A stretch of DNA of 64,000 bases from assembly GCA_903916595.1 (NCBI GenBank), contig CAIWXI010000137.1, positions 2,979-66,978 on the forward strand, given 5' to 3'. Below are positions 60,933 through 64,000 of the stretch, piece after piece. Numbering within the stretch: position 1 is the stretch's first letter; the number at the start of each line of letters is the position of its first letter. The notes beneath the pieces are model-generated. The model made no database searches, was not told the DNA's origin, and worked only from the letters and a program-made list of their open reading frames with translations. This DNA is from an uncultured Bacteroidales bacterium. GTDB taxonomy: Bacteria > Bacteroidota > Bacteroidia > Bacteroidales > FEN-979. Made by a program: the position numbers and the translations under genes.

Positions 60933-62186
60933 TTAATACTTGTCGGCTAACGGAGGGATGATACCAGAATTGTATTTTCCACTATCGAGTTTCTTCTTTA
61001 CTTCCGAGAATGCGTTGATAGTGTAATCGACATCTTCAAGAGTATGGATTGCAGTAGGGATAAGACGAAGCATGAGAACCCCTTTGGGTACCACAGGGTA
61101 GGCCACCATCGAGCAGAATATGGCATGTTCCTCCCTTAAGTCAGCAACTATCTGAGTGGCTTCGCCAATGCCTCCCTGGAAATATACCGGAGTAACGGGG
61201 GAATTGGTTTTACCAAGGTCGAAACCTTTGGCCTTGAGGCCTTTCTGCAAGGCATTCACGATAGTCCACAGGGTGTCTTTTAACTCAGGATGATTCCTGA
61301 TAAGTTCCATCCTTTTCAGGGCTCCTATGACCATTGGCATAGGCAGTGATTTTGCATAGATCTGAGAACGCATGTTGAAGGCAAGGGCTTTAATGATCTT
61401 TTTTTCAGTAGCTACAAAAGCACCGATTCCTGCCATCGCCTTTGCAAAAGTGCCGAAGTACACATCAACCTGGTCCATCACGTCCTGTTCTTCGCTGGTG
61501 CCTGCACCGGTGCGGCCCATTGTGCCGAATCCGTGAGCATCGTCAATTAGAAGCCGAAAACCATATTGATCCTTGAATTTCAGTATGCCTCTGAGATCGC
61601 CGCAATCACCGGCCATTCCATATACCCCTTCGGTAATGACCAGAATGCCGCCACCGGTCTTGTCGGTGACGTTTTTTGCATGCTTCAGCTGCTGCTCGAA
61701 ACGTTCCATGTTGTTATGCGGGTAAACGAAACGTTTCCCCAAATGCATTCTTAATCCGTCGAGAATACAGGCATGGGCCTCGGAATCATATACCACAACA
61801 TCGTGACGGTCGATAAGTGAATCGATGATCGATACCATTCCCATATAACCAAAGTTAAGAAGGTACGCAGCTTCTTTGTGCTCAAATGCGGCCAGCTCAT
61901 GCTCCAGCTGTTCATGATAAATGGTCTGGCCCGACATCATCCTCGCACCCATAGGATATCCCATACCGTATTTTGCTGCAGCTTCGGCATCAGCATGCCT
62001 TACTTCAGGATGATTGGCAAGTCCGAGATAATTGTTCAGACTCCAGACAAGCATGTCGCGGCCCCGGAATGTCATTCTGTTTGATATCTCCCCTTCAAGC
62101 TTCGGAAAGAAATAATAACCATAGCCCATGTCCGAAAACTTGCCCAGGGCGCCCATGTGATTTACAACTTTGTCAAAAATATCCAC
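60933..62186 (-). CDS. Alpha-oxoamine synthase family PLP enzyme
   Basis: NNYLGL, HACILDG, DDAHGFG and GTFAK motifs. Confidence 0.9.
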   Translation of the reverse strand: MDIFDKVVNHMGALGKFSDMGYGYYFFPKLEGEISNRMTFRGRDMLVWSLNNYLGLANHPEVRHADAEAAAKYGMGYPMGARMMSGQTIYHEQLEHELAAFEHKEAAYLLNFGYMGMVSIIDSLIDRHDVVVYDSEAHACILDGLRMHLGKRFVYPHNNMERFEQQLKHAKNVTDKTGGGILVITEGVYGMAGDCGDLRGILKFKDQYGFRLLIDDAHGFGTMGRTGAGTSEEQDVMDQVDVYFGTFAKAMAGIGAFVATEKKIIKALAFNMRSQIYAKSLPMPMVIGALKRMELIRNHPELKDTLWTIVNALQKGLKAKGFDLGKTNSPVTPVYFQGGIGEATQIVADLREEHAIFCSMVAYPVVPKGVLMLRLIPTAIHTLEDVDYTINAFSEVKKKLDSGKYNSGIIPPLADKY

Positions 62187-62273
62187 GCTGATACGTTTTT
62201 GGTTAATGAAACGTTATATGATTTGAAGCTACAAAAATAGTATTTTTTTGCTAAAAAAACGTACCTTTGCACG

Positions 62274-63128
62274 ATGAAATACCGTAGAATCATCCCACTG
62301 CTGCTTATTTCTCTTCTGACACTGGGTTCCTGTAACTTCCAGAAGATTCTGAAGAGCGGATCGGTGGATGAAAAATATGATCAGGCTATAAAACTTTATC
62401 ACGAAAAGGATTATTCCCGTGCTCTTCAGCTTTTCGACCAGCTGATAACGGTAGTGAGAGCGACTGATAAATCACAGCGTATTTATTACTATTATTCCTA
62501 TTGCTATTTTTATCAGAAGGACTATACCCTGGCAGCATATTATTTTAAGCGTTATACAACCAACTATCCCAATACACCGGAAGCAGAAGAGTGTTACTAC
62601 ATGAACGCGTATTGTCTGTATATGAACTCACCTGTTTATACGCTTGACCAGACCAATACCAGTGAAGCCTTAAAGGAACTCCAGCTTTTTACCAATACAT
62701 ATCCTAAAAGCAAAAAAGTGCCTGAATGCAATGAACTTATCGATAAGCTGCGTGAAAAACTTGCAGCCAAGGATATGCGTATTGCCAGGATGTATTACAA
62801 GATGGAAGATTTTGCTGCAGCCATCCAGTGCTTGAATAATATTTTAAAAGAGTATCCCGAGACAAAAGATAAAGAGGAGATTCTTTTTATGGTTGTGAAA
62901 TCCTATTACAGATATGCAAAGGCAAGTATCGAAGAAAAGAAAAAGGATCGTCACTCCAAGGCCGTGCAGGCGTATAATGATTTTATAGCCCAGTATCCCG
63001 AGAGCGACTTCATAGATGATGCAAAAGACCTTAAAGCAAGGAGTCAGAAAGAGCTGGATGCCATCTATGCAAGGGATCAGAAAAAACTGAATCAGTTAAG
63101 TCAGGAACCCAAAAAAACAACACACTAG
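62274..63128 (+). CDS. bamD: Outer membrane protein assembly factor BamD
   Basis: Lipobox LGSC, TPR repeats and LDQTNT; bamD-rpoZ-coaBC synteny. Confidence 0.93.
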   Translation: MKYRRIIPLLLISLLTLGSCNFQKILKSGSVDEKYDQAIKLYHEKDYSRALQLFDQLITVVRATDKSQRIYYYYSYCYFYQKDYTLAAYYFKRYTTNYPNTPEAEECYYMNAYCLYMNSPVYTLDQTNTSEALKELQLFTNTYPKSKKVPECNELIDKLREKLAAKDMRIARMYYKMEDFAAAIQCLNNILKEYPETKDKEEILFMVVKSYYRYAKASIEEKKKDRHSKAVQAYNDFIAQYPESDFIDDAKDLKARSQKELDAIYARDQKKLNQLSQEPKKTTH

Positions 63129-63129
63129 A

Positions 63130-63465
63130 ATGGATTACAAAAAGATCAAGACCGATGTTAACGCGGTAACCCGTAACATCGAGGATTTCACGAATGGTAC
63201 AGCGAATGTATACGAAACGGTTTCCATCCTTTCAAAACGTGCCAACCAGGTTGGTCTGGAGATGAAAGAGGAACTGAACCAAAAGATCTCGGAATTTGTA
63301 AGCACGACCGACAATCTCGAAGAAGTATTTGAGAACCGGGAGCAGATCGAGATAGCCAAGTATTATGAACATCTTCCCAAGCCTACTCTCATAGCAGTGC
63401 ATGAATATCTGAATAGTGAGATTTATTTCAGGAATCCGCATAAAGAAAGGCCGGATGAGTTTTAG
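63130..63465 (+). CDS. rpoZ: RNA polymerase omega subunit
   Basis: NVYETVSILSKRANQ..EVFENREQIEI..LPKP. Confidence 0.92.
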   Translation: MDYKKIKTDVNAVTRNIEDFTNGTANVYETVSILSKRANQVGLEMKEELNQKISEFVSTTDNLEEVFENREQIEIAKYYEHLPKPTLIAVHEYLNSEIYFRNPHKERPDEF

Positions 63466-63482
63466 TTTATAAGTGTTGAAAG

Positions 63483-64000
63483 ATGCTCAAAGGGAAAAAG
63501 ATCGTACTGGGAGTTACTGGCAGCATAGCTGCCTATAAAACTCCTATCCTGGTGAGGATGCTTGTAAAGGAAGGATGCGAAGTAAGAGTCATTATGACTC
63601 CGGTTTCAAGAGATTTCGTAACACCTCTTACCCTGGCTACCCTTTCAAGAAATCCGGTCATCGTTGAACCCTTTCGCGCCACCAGCGGGGAATGGAGCAA
63701 CCACGTGGAGCTGGGCATATGGGCCGATGCTATGATTTTTGCGCCGGTTACAGCAAACACACTTGGTAAAATGGTCAACGGGATTGCCGATAATTTCGTA
63801 ATCACGGCTTACCTCTCTGCCAAATGCCCGGTGTTTATAGCACCGGCTATGGACCTCGATATGTTCAACCATCCATCTACCCGCAAGAATATCGAGACCC
63901 TCAGATCTTACGGTAATTTCATCATAGAACCCCAGGTAGGGGAACTTGCCAGCGGGTTATCCGGCCCTGGCCGCATGGAAGAACCGGATAAGATTCTGGC
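63483..64000 (+). CDS. coaBC: CoaBC (partial; runs off the window)
   Basis: Manual translation MLKGKKIVLGVTGSIAAYK..APVTANT..APAMDLDM..GELASGLSGPGRMEEP. Confidence 0.95.
   Translation, partial: MLKGKKIVLGVTGSIAAYKTPILVRMLVKEGCEVRVIMTPVSRDFVTPLTLATLSRNPVIVEPFRATSGEWSNHVELGIWADAMIFAPVTANTLGKMVNGIADNFVITAYLSAKCPVFIAPAMDLDMFNHPSTRKNIETLRSYGNFIIEPQVGELASGLSGPGRMEEPDKIL

Noticed and set aside
60933-62186. Specific call as spt, bioF or kbl
   Set aside because: Family motifs are clear, but substrate specificity cannot be resolved by eye.

Overview
Bacteroidota (probably Bacteroidales-like) chromosomal window in two parts. (1) From the window start to ~15.5 kb is an integrative element sitting at the 3' end of mnmE/trmE. 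It encodes an excisionase-like Zn-ribbon/HTH protein, a tyrosine integrase, a hypothetical protein, an HTH protein, a VirE/VapE-type helicase, an iteron-rich putative origin, a CHC2/Toprim primase and radC. Its cargo is a 7TM-DISM/PAS two-component system, a 741-aa lipoprotein and an IS5 remnant. No relaxase, T4SS, capsid gene or second att site is visible. (2) From 15.5 to 64 kb is core genome: mnmE, sucD, an alpha-glucan cluster, fabG, dnaA, prmC, serC-serA-four-helix-bundle-DUF1015, rpmE2, lon, ispH, dapA, bamD-rpoZ-coaBC and T9SS-tailed peptidases. The most notable signal is at 8.1-8.8 kb: two related long imperfect hairpins, each upstream of a minus-strand gene (an unannotated 56-aa acidic ORF and radC). 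Each carries a Bacteroidota -33/-7 promoter consensus on the far arm, which is the architecture expected of Frpo-like single-stranded-DNA promoters. Other signals: 7-8-nt tandem repeats at stop codons (one unit also flanks a four-helix-bundle gene), duplicated regulator boxes, and degenerate motifs in glycogen enzymes. All calls come from reading the sequence; no database searches were run.
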